Part shown: positions 18,934 through 28,745 of the stretch, piece by piece
How the letters are laid out: each line of letters begins with the position of its first letter
Position numbering within the stretch: the stretch's first letter is position 1
NCBI GenBank assembly: GCA_046483985.1
Contig: JAWOCD010000110.1
Coordinates: forward strand, 22,638 to 86,637
Reading direction: 5' to 3'
Source of the DNA: Promethearchaeia archaeon
GTDB taxonomy: Archaea > Asgardarchaeota > Lokiarchaeia > Sigyniarchaeales > SOKP01
Length of the DNA stretch: 64,000 bases
Notes under the pieces: model-generated
Database searches by the model: none
Seen by the model: only the letters and a program-made list of their open reading frames with translations
What the model was told of the DNA's origin: nothing
Translations under genes and position numbers: made by a program

Positions 18934-18977
18934 TTAGGGAGCACGAATCCATCGCCCGTTAGGGCGTGGTAGTTCAA
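18934..18977 (+). mobile_element. about 44-nt relic resembling the 3' end of an IS200/IS605-family tnpB element
   Basis: ttagggagcacgaatccatcgcccgttagggcgtggtagttcaa. It is similar in reverse complement to 47569-47610 and shares gcgtggtRgttcaaatt with the TnpB remnant at 52011-52157. It translates as ..LGSTNPSPVRAW*. Confidence 0.35.
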
Positions 18978-19138
18978 ATTAGAAGGCTGAAAGACATTAA
19001 AATCAATTTTAAGGAATTAGTTCATCTTTTGTGGAGATTTGTAAAAAGTAACTTCCCTAACTGAATGTAGAGAAAAATTGAAAAAGAAAAAAAAGAAAAA
19101 AGAATTAAAATGGGGATATACAATTTTGTAAACGATTT

Positions 19139-19336
19139 TTATACTTCTGTAATAATGATGGCTTCTTCAGGGCATTGTGTTTCGCAAGCTCTGCAACCAA
19201 CACATTCATCTCTCCTTTCTTCAATAACCGTTACCTTTCCGCCCTCTGGTTCTCCAAAATTCTCGGAGGGACAAACTTCATAACAAGTACCGCATCCTGT
19301 GCAAGCATCCATATCAATCTCTATATCAAAGCTCAT
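19139..19336 (-). CDS. 2x[4Fe-4S] ferredoxin
   Basis: 65 aa with two Cys clusters, CTGCGTCYEVCP and CVGCRACETQCP. Confidence 0.85.
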   Translation of the reverse strand: MSFDIEIDMDACTGCGTCYEVCPSENFGEPEGGKVTVIEERRDECVGCRACETQCPEEAIIITEV

Positions 19337-19561
19337 AAAATGTCACTTCTTCTAATTAATATTTTAAAATTACTTAATTATTAAAATAATATAAATAATA
19401 TAAATTTCGTTCTAGGTCTAATATAAGAGAATTGAAATTTTTCTTCTAAAAATAAAACTCCACTTTTAAATAAGTTTCCGGGATTATTTCTTTTATAAAC
19501 CTAATTTAAAATAAAATAATTAACTACGCATATATAAGTAGTGTAAACGGAGTAAATCAAT

Positions 19562-20677
19562 TTGCTTGGAGAACAACTTTGGAATTATAAAACACAAGGA
19601 GCAATTCTCGGTATTAAGGCGATTAAAATATCAAATAGTGGGGATAAGAGATTAATTGCCCATTCGAAATCGGGAGATCTTTTCATTTTTTCATCGGATG
19701 GGACTTTATTATTTCAAGATACTATTACAGAAGATACTTCTATATGGTGTTCCGAGTTTTACGATCTCACAGGAAATGGGAAGAAAGAAATTATTTTAGG
19801 AAGTTATGATGGACTTCTTAGGACATTTCAATTTTCTGACGGAAATAAATTAGATCCGCTCTGGGCTCATCGATTTGGAGGCTCAATCAGCGGAATTCTC
19901 ATAGAAGATATTAATAATGACGGTAAAAAGGAATTAATTGTTTATTCTCTAGATCAGTCACTCCGAGTCTTAAAGGCTACCGATGGCTCCTTAATCTGGG
20001 GGCAAATGTTTGAAGAAGGAATCGGAGATATTGTTGTCTGGGAGGGAAAAACGAAAACTACTCAAAAAGAGATATATGCGGCCGGAAATGATCATACCAT
20101 TCGAGCTTTCAAGGGGAACGATGGTGCACTATTATGGTTTAAACGGTTTACCAATAAAGTCCGGTGCGTTGATTATCTTCGTCACAAAGGGAGCGATTAT
20201 ATCTTTTGTGGAGGGGATGATAAAACATTACATATTCTTAGGCGAGACACACAAGAGGAAATAAAAACTATGTCCTTTGACGACTATGTGTGGAAAGTGT
20301 TGAGTTACCCCCCGCAAGAGCATGAGCATATGATAATCTCTTCATATTCTTTTGCCTATTTTGATGACTCAGTTTCCATCGATGAGATTTCTTTTACCTC
20401 AAAAATGATTGAAATGAATCGTGCGCTTGAGATCGAGTGGGAGGTTGCTTCTAAAAACGTTGAGTGTATTGATTATTTGGAGTTGAATTCATCATCTTTC
20501 CTTGGAGCAGGGACCACAAAAGGGAAATTTCTCTTGATAGCTCCTAGAACGGGGAATATTGAATTAAGTATGCGAAAGGAAAGCTGTCTTAACTCCTTTA
20601 CGCTTTTTCCTTCCGATAAAACCATTTTTACTGCCCATGACGATGGGAATATATATGCATACAATCTTGAGATTTAG
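19562..20677 (+). CDS. beta-propeller repeat protein (FG-GAP/PQQ/WD40-like)
   Basis: Repeated units such as DLTGNGKKEIILGSYDGLLRTF, DINNDGKKELIVYSLDQSLRVL and AAGNDHTIRAF. TTG start. Confidence 0.5.
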   Translation: MLGEQLWNYKTQGAILGIKAIKISNSGDKRLIAHSKSGDLFIFSSDGTLLFQDTITEDTSIWCSEFYDLTGNGKKEIILGSYDGLLRTFQFSDGNKLDPLWAHRFGGSISGILIEDINNDGKKELIVYSLDQSLRVLKATDGSLIWGQMFEEGIGDIVVWEGKTKTTQKEIYAAGNDHTIRAFKGNDGALLWFKRFTNKVRCVDYLRHKGSDYIFCGGDDKTLHILRRDTQEEIKTMSFDDYVWKVLSYPPQEHEHMIISSYSFAYFDDSVSIDEISFTSKMIEMNRALEIEWEVASKNVECIDYLELNSSSFLGAGTTKGKFLLIAPRTGNIELSMRKESCLNSFTLFPSDKTIFTAHDDGNIYAYNLEI

Positions 20678-20978
20678 CGTAAGTGCCGGATGCTTTTTCA
20701 CTGTTCACGGAAACCATTTCAGATTCAAGAAGAAATCTTAGAAAGATTACAGGAAAAGCGAGAATTGTCTCCAATTTTCATCATTTTAATCTTGAATTAG
20801 CCGACAATCAGATAAATAACCTTATGTGATGCGGTTATTTTAAAGAAATTAGGCATTGACCTCCTAAAATGAAGTGGCTGGAGATATCCCAATTTCAGAA
20901 GAAATAAAAAGTAAAAGAAAAAAATAGAAAAAAGATTGTGGTAGCTTTAATTTTTGGTAAGTACACTATATTAGACCT

Positions 20979-21350
20979 TTACGGACTTGGTTGTGGATTC
21001 GATTCGCTGGCTTTTTCTTCTGGTTCTCCTTCCTCTTCAACTTCTACTTCTTCTTCCATTTCTAACTCTGCTTCAAGTTCTTCAAGTGGAACTGGTGCAG
21101 GAGTAGTAAGCATACTATATCCAATCCAAACTGCAATAACGCAGACAAGGATTACTAAGATCCAAAGCGGGAGAACAGTAAATAGACGCCAGTCTAATAG
21201 GTCCACTCCAAAAATCCTAAATACAATTCCATGAGGCTCTCCACCTATTGTAGCTAGGTAGAGGTCTACGATGGAACCGAGAGTATAAACAATAGCGACA
21301 ACTACGCCGAGTATCGCCACGATAAGGCCGATTATTTTATCCTTCGACAT
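20979..21350 (-). CDS. small membrane protein with acidic C-terminal tail
   Basis: 123 aa with two or three hydrophobic helices, then an EELEAELEMEEEVEVEEEGEPEE tail. Confidence 0.4.
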   Translation of the reverse strand: MSKDKIIGLIVAILGVVVAIVYTLGSIVDLYLATIGGEPHGIVFRIFGVDLLDWRLFTVLPLWILVILVCVIAVWIGYSMLTTPAPVPLEELEAELEMEEEVEVEEEGEPEEKASESNPQPSP

Positions 21351-21741
21351 TTTTTTGTTTGTTTTTTTTTTAATAATTTTATTTATATTAGTAATTTATT
21401 TATAATCAAATAAAAACCATATTATCCTTAATTGTTAAAATCTAAAATTATATCTAAAAATTCCTCTATTTCGTCTTCATCACACTCTCCAACTAGGAAT
21501 TGGAAAACGATTAAAGGAAAACCATACTTGCCTATACGATCTTTACGGGAGGCAATTACGGTTCTGCTTGGACATCTGGTAAAGATTAGAAAAAATAAAC
21601 CAAAATCCTCAGAAAGCTATGGGAATAGACGTGCTAAAATCCAAAATAATTTATATAGGATCCTTGCTAATCTTACAAATTTATTTTATTCTTTATAAAT
21701 GTTAAATTTCAGAAAAAGTATTTTAAAAAAAGATTTGAAAA

Positions 21742-22059
21742 TTATTTGGATTTAATCATTATCAGCATCATTTTGTACTTTTCGATAGCTTTTAGGGCAT
21801 GGGGTTCATTGGCAGGCATAATAATGGTCTCCCCTTTTTTTACATTAAAAGGCTCCCCATCAATAGTTATTTCCACTTCTCCATCAAACACATATACAAG
21901 AGCATCATAGGGGGTTGTATGCTCCCTTAATCCTTCTCCCTTGTCGAATGCAAATAAGGTAATTGTTCCAACCTCTTTATCAATGATAGTCTGACTAACT
22001 ACTGAATTTTCTTGATACTCGACTAAACTTTCTAATTCTTTAATTTGTGCTGGTTCCAT
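21742..22059 (-). CDS. cupin domain protein
   Basis: 105 aa. The G.REHTTPYDALVYVFDGEVEITIDGE...G..I.MPANEPHAL pattern is that of a single-domain cupin. Confidence 0.7.
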   Translation of the reverse strand: MEPAQIKELESLVEYQENSVVSQTIIDKEVGTITLFAFDKGEGLREHTTPYDALVYVFDGEVEITIDGEPFNVKKGETIIMPANEPHALKAIEKYKMMLIMIKSK

Positions 22060-22091
22060 ATTTTTTCCTCCTTGATTAGTTTATAATTTTT

Positions 22092-23996
22092 TTATATCCC
22101 TAATTTATCCCGATTAGTTTCTATATGGTCCATCATTGCGTCTACAGCATCTTCGGTATCCGTTTCCACATGTAGAATGCCGCCGGTAATATCTTTGCAA
22201 CCTTCCGTTAGCAATTTAACCAAGTCCGGACCGCCAGTTACCGTTGGAATGGGATTTACATAGGTGTATAAGCCAAAAGCAAGCGCAAAAATGGCATCGA
22301 TCGTCGCCTTTTGTTCCATATATTCGGGAGCAACTGCAACAATAGGTAAATCAGGTATAGAGACTCCCCCCAAGGCATCAGAGACAGCACCTATAAGATC
22401 GGCAATCCTCCCAGTATCTGTACACGTGCCATAACTCAACACGGGCGGTATACCCAGTTTTTCGCAAAGCGCCTCAAGCCCCGGTCCAGCTAATTCCTTT
22501 GCTTCTGGAGAACATAATCCAGCAACTTGTAAGGCAGCATTTCCACACCCCATAGAAAGGACTAATATATCCCTTTTGATAAGTTCTTTTGTAATATCAA
22601 CGGTATGCACATCTTGTCCCTTATCTCTTAGACTTGTACAAGAAACTAATCCCGCAATACCTTTTATTGTTCCTTCTTTAAGAGCATCTAGTAATGGCTC
22701 CAAAGATCCTCCAAGGGCTTCAAGGATGCTTTCTGTAGAGAATCCCACCATTGCTTCATTAGTTTCTAATCCAGATACTGGTTCAACTGTATTGTGTCGT
22801 TCCTCAAAGTTATCTAATGCCATTTGTAAAATTTTTCTTGCTTGATCTTCGGCCTTTTCTGGAATATAGTCAACCCTCTCATCAATGCCCTCAAAAGAGA
22901 CAACTTCACTTGCGGGAAGTAATTTAAACTTATATTTTTCTGCATAGATCGGATCAATTGGTAATGAGCAGTTCATATCTGCGACAAATACGTCAACACA
23001 CCCACTTGCTAGAATTGCTTCTTGCATTATCCAATTTCCTGTAAATCCATAAAATACATCATCCATTTCCCACCTTTGGATCATCTCTTGACCTGTTTCT
23101 ATGTTTGCGATTATTCTCAATCCCTTCGCTCCAACTTCTTCCGCTTTTTCTTGCCATTTTGATTTTCTCGCTTCTTGTACCAATGCAAACCCTAAGAAAG
23201 GCTCATGACCGTTGGGAAGCACATTTACATAATCAGGATCCAGGACTCCCAAATTAACCCTCATATTATGGGGTTTGGGTATGTTAAACAAAATATCTTG
23301 GCAAAATTCATTAACAATTTGACTCTGATATGCCATTGTAATCCCCAATCTCATGGCCTTTAATGCTAAACTTGCGTAATATCCATCAACATTCGTCAAA
23401 CAAGAACTTGTCGAGAGCATCATTTCTCCATAAATTCCTCCTGGAAAAATATCTAACTTTTTCCATGCTTCTTGCCTTTCCTTTGGTGCTAATATTTCTA
23501 CGATTTTACTATGTTCATGATAGGGACGATTGAAATCTTTCTCAACAAAGTCACACAATCTTAAGGCAACATCTACATCGGAACCAGATGTTTCTACCCC
23601 TAATCTTTCTGCAAAATCTTGTAATTTCTCCGGCTCGCTTATTTTATAAGGAGTGTTTCCTTTAGCTGTTGCCCTCAATGTCCTAATCGTCGTAGCTGTA
23701 TGATATTGATACGTAGATGCCCCCATAATATTCCTTAAAAGCATCTTCCTCATTGCCATCCCATCTGCGGTGATTCCACATACCCCTCGTTTATCTAATG
23801 ACGCATCTGCTCGGCAAGGGCCGTTAGAACATAGATCACACCGAGCCCCCTTCATACAGTAAGAACATCGCTTATCGGGATCATCACCGAATCCTTGGGC
23901 TACATATCGATCCCAGACATTTATCATGCCATCATTTTTAATTCGATCATAGACTTTCTGAACCGACTTATGGTAAGATATTCTTTCCTTTTCCAT
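22092..23996 (-). CDS. cooS: anaerobic Ni-dependent carbon monoxide dehydrogenase catalytic subunit
   Basis: N-terminal Cys motifs CSYCMKGARCDLCSNGPCR and GVCGITADGMAMR. 634 aa with C-cluster region cysteines (MGCGNAA, GTCTDTGR). Confidence 0.9.
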   Translation of the reverse strand: MEKERISYHKSVQKVYDRIKNDGMINVWDRYVAQGFGDDPDKRCSYCMKGARCDLCSNGPCRADASLDKRGVCGITADGMAMRKMLLRNIMGASTYQYHTATTIRTLRATAKGNTPYKISEPEKLQDFAERLGVETSGSDVDVALRLCDFVEKDFNRPYHEHSKIVEILAPKERQEAWKKLDIFPGGIYGEMMLSTSSCLTNVDGYYASLALKAMRLGITMAYQSQIVNEFCQDILFNIPKPHNMRVNLGVLDPDYVNVLPNGHEPFLGFALVQEARKSKWQEKAEEVGAKGLRIIANIETGQEMIQRWEMDDVFYGFTGNWIMQEAILASGCVDVFVADMNCSLPIDPIYAEKYKFKLLPASEVVSFEGIDERVDYIPEKAEDQARKILQMALDNFEERHNTVEPVSGLETNEAMVGFSTESILEALGGSLEPLLDALKEGTIKGIAGLVSCTSLRDKGQDVHTVDITKELIKRDILVLSMGCGNAALQVAGLCSPEAKELAGPGLEALCEKLGIPPVLSYGTCTDTGRIADLIGAVSDALGGVSIPDLPIVAVAPEYMEQKATIDAIFALAFGLYTYVNPIPTVTGGPDLVKLLTEGCKDITGGILHVETDTEDAVDAMMDHIETNRDKLGI

Positions 23997-24106
23997 ATTT
24001 TATACACTTAGACAATTTCTAAACACTATTGAATTTACGATTTATTTTAAGTATGTTTTATTTTTACTAAATCATAAAATATTTTCTTATAATTTAAAAA
24101 ATAACT

Positions 24107-24118
24107 CGAACATGTTCG
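24107..24118. promoter_or_regulatory. perfect 12-bp palindrome CGAACATGTTCG in the cooS/rbsK divergent intergenic region
   Basis: The sequence is self-complementary. It lies about 110 nt upstream of the cooS start, just distal to an AT-rich TATA-like stretch (24081-24100). Confidence 0.25.
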
Positions 24119-24697
24119 GTTAAAAGGGAAGATTGGAATTCTAATTAATTTATTACAAGGATTTATTGATGAATTTAGTGAACGTAAAATTAATTACCAG
24201 GATCCTCCCAAGCTTTATATCGCTCTTACAACCAATAATTTCTTCGGTTCAGAATACTTATACGATTTGTTATCCCCAAGGAATACCTGAACCTTGCGAA
24301 TAGAGAAATTTGAAGACACACTAAGAAATTTAGGAAATAACAACTAATGAAGTGTTAGTAAAAAATTTAAATGAAAAGATAGAAGGTCTGATGAAAAGAT
24401 GGGCGGTGTAATGGACACTAATCCTACTATTAAAAGAACGGTTGGAGAGATTCTGCAAAAAAAGCCGATAAGAGAAGATGTGAAGCCGGATATAAAATTA
24501 TGGCTACCCATGTCATTATCGGAAAATGCACCTTCAAAAGCCAAAACCGTGGAGGATAATTATTCGAGAGGATTTCGGATTCGATCAACGCATTCATTTT
24601 GATATCCGAATAAAATGATACAAGCAAACTTAAGACTACAAAAACCCTTATATGGGAATAGAATTTAATTATTTTTAGCGATATAATATTAAATGTT

Positions 24698-25654
24698 ATG
24701 ACTCAAAAAAATTATGTCTTAATTATTGGATCCAGTAATATGGACCTCAACATCTATTCCGAGCGCTTTCCAAAACCTGGAGAGACCGTGACAGGTGGTA
24801 CTTTTAAACAATTTTTAGGAGGAAAGGGAGCGAATCAGGCGGTGGCTGCCGCTCGCTCTGGGGCAGATACCGTATTTATCGGAAAGATCGGCCAAGATAA
24901 GTTTGGCGACCAAATGATGGACCAACTGCAGAGCGAAGAAATTAATATTGACCATATTATACGAGATCCCGAAGAAGCAAGCGGGGTTGCCTTTATTTTG
25001 ATAAATAACAAAGGGGAAAATATGATAAGTGTTGCACCTGGAGCAAACGCCAAATTATCTCCCGAAGATCTTAATGACCAAAAGGATATCATTAAAAATG
25101 CGTCGGCAATTGTAACCCAGATGGAAATTCCCCTTAAAACCATCGAAAGAATCTATGAATTTGCCGCGGAGGGAGATACAATAAAGATTTTGAACCCTGC
25201 CCCCTTAAAACCGATCCCCAAAACCATTTTACAGAATGTTGATGTCATCATTCCTAATGAGGGCGAGCTGTATCGTCTCTATAAACTTCTGGGTTTAGGC
25301 GATATCTCAGAGAGCTCAAAGGAAGCAATGATAAAAGCTTCGAAAGATATCTCCACGCTTGGGGTGCAAACCATAATTACTACATTAGGAAAAAGGGGCT
25401 CCTTACATTTTGACGCAAGAAAAGAAATTGCTAAAATATTTCCGGCGATAAAGGTCCAAGCAAAAGATACTGTGGGTGCGGGAGACTGTTTTAATGGAGT
25501 CTTAGCCAGCATGCTGACGCAAGGAAAATCCTTTCCAGAGGCAATTAAACATGCAACTGCAGCGGCAGCTGTCGCCGTGACGCGTGAAGGTGCCCAAAAT
25601 TCGATGCCAACTCTCAATGAAATTAAGGAGATGGTAAAGAATTTTAATTTTTAA
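24698..25654 (+). CDS. rbsK: ribokinase
   Basis: GGKGANQAVAAARSGA and the PfkB signature DTVGAGDCFNG. Confidence 0.85.
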   Translation: MTQKNYVLIIGSSNMDLNIYSERFPKPGETVTGGTFKQFLGGKGANQAVAAARSGADTVFIGKIGQDKFGDQMMDQLQSEEINIDHIIRDPEEASGVAFILINNKGENMISVAPGANAKLSPEDLNDQKDIIKNASAIVTQMEIPLKTIERIYEFAAEGDTIKILNPAPLKPIPKTILQNVDVIIPNEGELYRLYKLLGLGDISESSKEAMIKASKDISTLGVQTIITTLGKRGSLHFDARKEIAKIFPAIKVQAKDTVGAGDCFNGVLASMLTQGKSFPEAIKHATAAAAVAVTREGAQNSMPTLNEIKEMVKNFNF

Positions 25655-25711
25655 GCATTTTTATATCATAGTTTAATTTCAACACTTGAAAATACCTATT
25701 GGTGTCTGGAA

Positions 25712-26377
25712 ATGAAAAAAGAACTACTTCAGCCGGAACGAGGGACCAAGCTTCGGAGAAATAAGGAGGATTCATTAACCATTACCATCGATAATAAGTT
25801 CCTCCCAAATATATTTATAATCAATGAAACTCGGTTTATCACCGACAACGTTTCTCCGGCAGATCTGATTATCAAGCCGAATCATCATTACATGTTGATT
25901 AACAAAAACGATGAGCCACTCCCGATACACTACAGTGAAGATATTGGAACCCATCCTATTATATATGATCCCTATAAATATGAACAAGCCGAACATAAAA
26001 AGCTCTCTGCTGACACATTCCTTGAGAAATATGATATCCCCGAAGGGTACATCGATGTCCTTCCTAAATGGTATAGTTTCAAATTTACATATCCCGAGTA
26101 TAATTTGATTTTTATTCGACCTGAATTGGGCATTTCCTTCCAAATTCATCAAGAGCGTTCAGAGCAATGGGAAATTTTGAAGGGGAGTCCAATTATTCTT
26201 AATGGAAATAGGGTATACTATAATGTGGCGAATGGAAGCATATTTGTGATTTCTCAGCAAGAATATCACACCGTGATAAATCCCCATTCTGATAATTTTG
26301 TATTACTCAAAGAACAGTGGAAGGGAAATTTTGCTGAAGAAGATATTACGCGGGTCTTTAATCCAAATCACTATTAA
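25712..26377 (+). CDS. cupin-fold protein, type II mannose-6-phosphate isomerase-like
   Basis: ISFQIHQERSEQWEILKGSPIIL.G......G..F.I...EYHTVINP resembles the cupin domain of type II PMI/GMP enzymes. Confidence 0.5.
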   Translation: MKKELLQPERGTKLRRNKEDSLTITIDNKFLPNIFIINETRFITDNVSPADLIIKPNHHYMLINKNDEPLPIHYSEDIGTHPIIYDPYKYEQAEHKKLSADTFLEKYDIPEGYIDVLPKWYSFKFTYPEYNLIFIRPELGISFQIHQERSEQWEILKGSPIILNGNRVYYNVANGSIFVISQQEYHTVINPHSDNFVLLKEQWKGNFAEEDITRVFNPNHY

Positions 26378-26417
26378 TAAGAAGAGATATTAGTCAAAGC
26401 CATCGATAAAAAAAGAT

Positions 26418-26474
26418 TTTGGATTGAAATCCAAACGAAACCTTATAAGTTTTATGCTTTTTGCTTGTTTTTTT
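26418..26474 (+). terminator. candidate terminator: 7-bp hairpin followed by T-rich tract
   Basis: TTTGGAT-TGAA-ATCCAAA (26418-26435) is followed by gctttttgcttgttttttt, downstream of the 25712-26377 gene. Confidence 0.3.
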
Positions 26475-26544
26475 CCATATCTTTGAGAGAGTAATAATAA
26501 AATTAATAAAATTTCTTCTACTATTTCATTACAAGTTTACAAAT

Positions 26545-26552
26545 TTTATAAA
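26545..26552 (+). promoter_or_regulatory. candidate TATA box for the ribosomal protein cluster
   Basis: TTTATAAA lies about 40 nt upstream of the uS19 ATG. A second AT-rich box (tattatatttta) follows, so assignment is uncertain in this AT-rich DNA. Confidence 0.25.
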
Positions 26553-26591
26553 AAAAAATAATAGTTGTATTATATTTTAAATTGATGTGTT

Positions 26592-27116
26592 ATGGCTCCA
26601 GAAAAAGAACCTGAACAAGAAAAGAAGGATTCTTCAGCAGATGGAGAAAGTGCTGAGGAAGAAGGAGAAGCGGAAGAGGCTGATAAACGTATTGATGCAA
26701 AACAAGAATTAAACAAGCTAAAATTCAAATATCGCGGTTATACTATTGAAGAATTGAAAAAAATGAGTATGGATCAATTTATCCAACTTTTACCCGCACG
26801 AGCACGACGTTCCCTAAAACGTGGATTACCTCCCCGTCAAAAGAAATTACTCCAAAGATTAAGACGGGCATATAGAGCAAAAAAGCGAGGGAAGGATTTA
26901 ATCATCCGTACTCATGTTCGCGACATGCTTATCTTTCCAGAAATGATCGGATTATCTATTGGCGTATTTAACGGACAACGGTATAAAGTCGTGGATATCA
27001 AGCCAAATATGATCGGTCATTATTTAGGGGAATTTGCCCTAACTCGGCAGCGTGTGGAGCATGGAACGCCAGGAATTGGAGCAACACGAAGTTCAAAATA
27101 TGTGCCACTAAAATAA
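26592..27116 (+). CDS. rps19: 30S ribosomal protein uS19 (eukaryotic S15-like) with acidic N-terminal extension
   Basis: [36 protein letters not shown] ... [34 protein letters not shown]. Confidence 0.9.
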   Translation: MAPEKEPEQEKKDSSADGESAEEEGEAEEADKRIDAKQELNKLKFKYRGYTIEELKKMSMDQFIQLLPARARRSLKRGLPPRQKKLLQRLRRAYRAKKRGKDLIIRTHVRDMLIFPEMIGLSIGVFNGQRYKVVDIKPNMIGHYLGEFALTRQRVEHGTPGIGATRSSKYVPLK

Positions 27117-27150
27117 TTCAATATATATAATTTAAGTGTGATTAAGCAGA

Positions 27151-27630
27151 ATGCCGTCATGGAAATATTCCTTTGAGGAGGCTCGTTATGACAGTGAAAG
27201 GTTAGCGAAAGCAGCCGGAAGAGATTTGCGAATTAAACCCAAACACTCGCGGGAAATTTGTAATGTAATTAAAGGAATGAAAGTGTATGAAGCCAAATCA
27301 TTTCTCGAGCAAGTCATAATGAAAGAGCAATCCGTGCCCTTCCGACGTCATAAAAAGAAAGTACCACATAGAAAGGACTTAAAACGCTTCAAATGGTATG
27401 CCGGAAAATATCCAGTAAAAGCTGCAGCGCGGATTTATGAAGTTTTAACCGCAGTTGAGTCTAATGCAGAATACAAAGGTTTAGATGTAGATTTATGCAG
27501 AATTATTCATGCTGCCGCCCAACAAGGAAGAAAAATAAAGCGATATATTGAGCGAGCGCATGGTCGTTCGACAGCCCGATTTAAGCGCTTAACACATATT
27601 GAATTAGTGATTTATGAAATTCCAGCTTAA
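27151..27630 (+). CDS. rpl22: 50S ribosomal protein uL22
   Basis: AKAAGRDLRIKPKHSREICNVIKGMKV.EA..FLE and position after uS19. Confidence 0.9.
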   Translation: MPSWKYSFEEARYDSERLAKAAGRDLRIKPKHSREICNVIKGMKVYEAKSFLEQVIMKEQSVPFRRHKKKVPHRKDLKRFKWYAGKYPVKAAARIYEVLTAVESNAEYKGLDVDLCRIIHAAAQQGRKIKRYIERAHGRSTARFKRLTHIELVIYEIPA

Positions 27631-27688
27631 ATTAAATGTGAAAAATGATTGTATTAGTAGAAAAAAATATGGAGAAACGACTTAAATA

Positions 27689-28525
27689 ATGCCCTTAGCA
27701 AAAAAATTTATTGAAAACGGAATAAAATTGATGCAAATTAACGAATACCTGAGGTCCGAGTTAGATAGAGCGGGTTTTGCAGGTATTGATTTTAACAAGA
27801 CTCCATTAGGAGTACGCATTACTCTCAGAACTTCTCGGCCAGGACTTGTAATCGGTAAGGGAGGAAGTCGTATTCGTGAAATTACAGAGGAACTAAAGAA
27901 TAATTTCGGTTTAGAAATGCCTCAAATTGAGGTTGAAGAGGTCAAAAGACCAGATCTTAATGCCCAAATTATGGCGGAACGTTTAGCATATTCTCTCGAC
28001 AGAGGGAGACACTATCGGAGAGCGGGCTATTATATCTTACGTAAAATAATGGATGCGGGCGCATTGGGAGCTGAAATAACAATATCTGGAAAGGTGACTT
28101 CTCAAAGATCGAGGACGCAAATCTTTAGATCAGGAATAATGACGAAGAGTGGTCATCCCGCCCAAGAGGCAGTAGATAAAGGTTTATCAACATGTATACA
28201 AAAATCTGGCGTATTAGGTATTATTGTAAAAATTTTACATTCAGATTATGTAGCTGGTGACGAAGTAAAAATCAAACATAATTTACTGGAAAAAGCGCAG
28301 AAGGAGAAAAAGAACGAAAAAGCCAAGAAGGCGGCTAAGGCTGAGGCAGAAGCAAAAGCTGAAGATGAAGAATATGAGATCGAAGAGGAAGAGCGAGAAC
28401 TAACCGCCGCAGAGCGGGAATTATTTGATGATATTGATGAGGAAGAGGAAGATATCAAAGAAATTTCATTAAAACCTTCAGAAAATGAAGATGAAGAAGA
28501 AAAGAATGAAGAAGAATCAGAATAA
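27689..28525 (+). CDS. rps3: 30S ribosomal protein uS3 with K/E/A-rich acidic C-terminal extension
   Basis: KH-domain region GVRITLRTSRPGLVIGKGGSRIREIT and ISGKVTSQRSR, in operon position. Confidence 0.9.
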   Translation: MPLAKKFIENGIKLMQINEYLRSELDRAGFAGIDFNKTPLGVRITLRTSRPGLVIGKGGSRIREITEELKNNFGLEMPQIEVEEVKRPDLNAQIMAERLAYSLDRGRHYRRAGYYILRKIMDAGALGAEITISGKVTSQRSRTQIFRSGIMTKSGHPAQEAVDKGLSTCIQKSGVLGIIVKILHSDYVAGDEVKIKHNLLEKAQKEKKNEKAKKAAKAEAEAKAEDEEYEIEEEERELTAAERELFDDIDEEEEDIKEISLKPSENEDEEEKNEEESE

Positions 28526-28541
28526 AAAGGTGAGATAATAA

Positions 28542-28745
28542 ATGGGAATAATTAAAGCTTCAGATGTACGAGAAATGTCAGTAGAAGAGCGTCAGAGGGC
28601 GCTTAAAGAATTGCGAGAAGAATTAATGATGTTACGCTCTATGCAAACGGGAGGAGGTCTCCAAGATAACCCCGCAAAAAGTAAGATCTTAAAAAAGCAA
28701 ATCGCTAGAATCTTGACAGTAATGAATGAGAGTAAGGAACAATGA
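28542..28745 (+). CDS. rpl29: 50S ribosomal protein uL29
   Basis: 67 aa, with VREMSVEERQRALKELREELMMLR, in operon position. Confidence 0.85.
   Translation: MGIIKASDVREMSVEERQRALKELREELMMLRSMQTGGGLQDNPAKSKILKKQIARILTVMNESKEQ

Noticed and set aside
20675-20800. In-frame continuation after the TAG stop of the beta-propeller gene (..NLEI*RKCRMLFHCSRKPFQIQEEILERLQEKRELSPIFIILILN*), considered as possible pyrrolysine or stop readthrough
   Set aside because: The extension is short, has no recognisable homology, and ends in a hydrophobic junk-like tail. There are no pyl genes or other TAG-interrupted ORFs in the window. An open frame of this length is expected by chance.
21432-21698. 88-aa TTG-start ORF, and an equally long open frame on the opposite strand (..GKYGFPLIVFQFLVGECDEDEIEEFLDIILDFNN*)
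   Set aside because: Neither frame has a recognisable motif. The minus-strand frame lacks ATG/GTG, and I could not decide between them. The region 21351-21741 is left unassigned.
24380-24450. TGATGA box looked at as a possible C/D-box sRNA
   Set aside because: No properly spaced CTGA D box and no terminal stem could be found. Similar checks near 7060-7080 were also negative.
24399-24668. 67-aa ORF ending in TGA, with about 20 more in-frame codons after it, considered as a candidate selenoprotein near the Sec machinery
   Set aside because: No redox-type motif (CxxU/UxxC) surrounds the TGA, and nothing resembles a known selenoprotein family. I could not draw an obvious SECIS-like hairpin downstream. 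The region is left unannotated.
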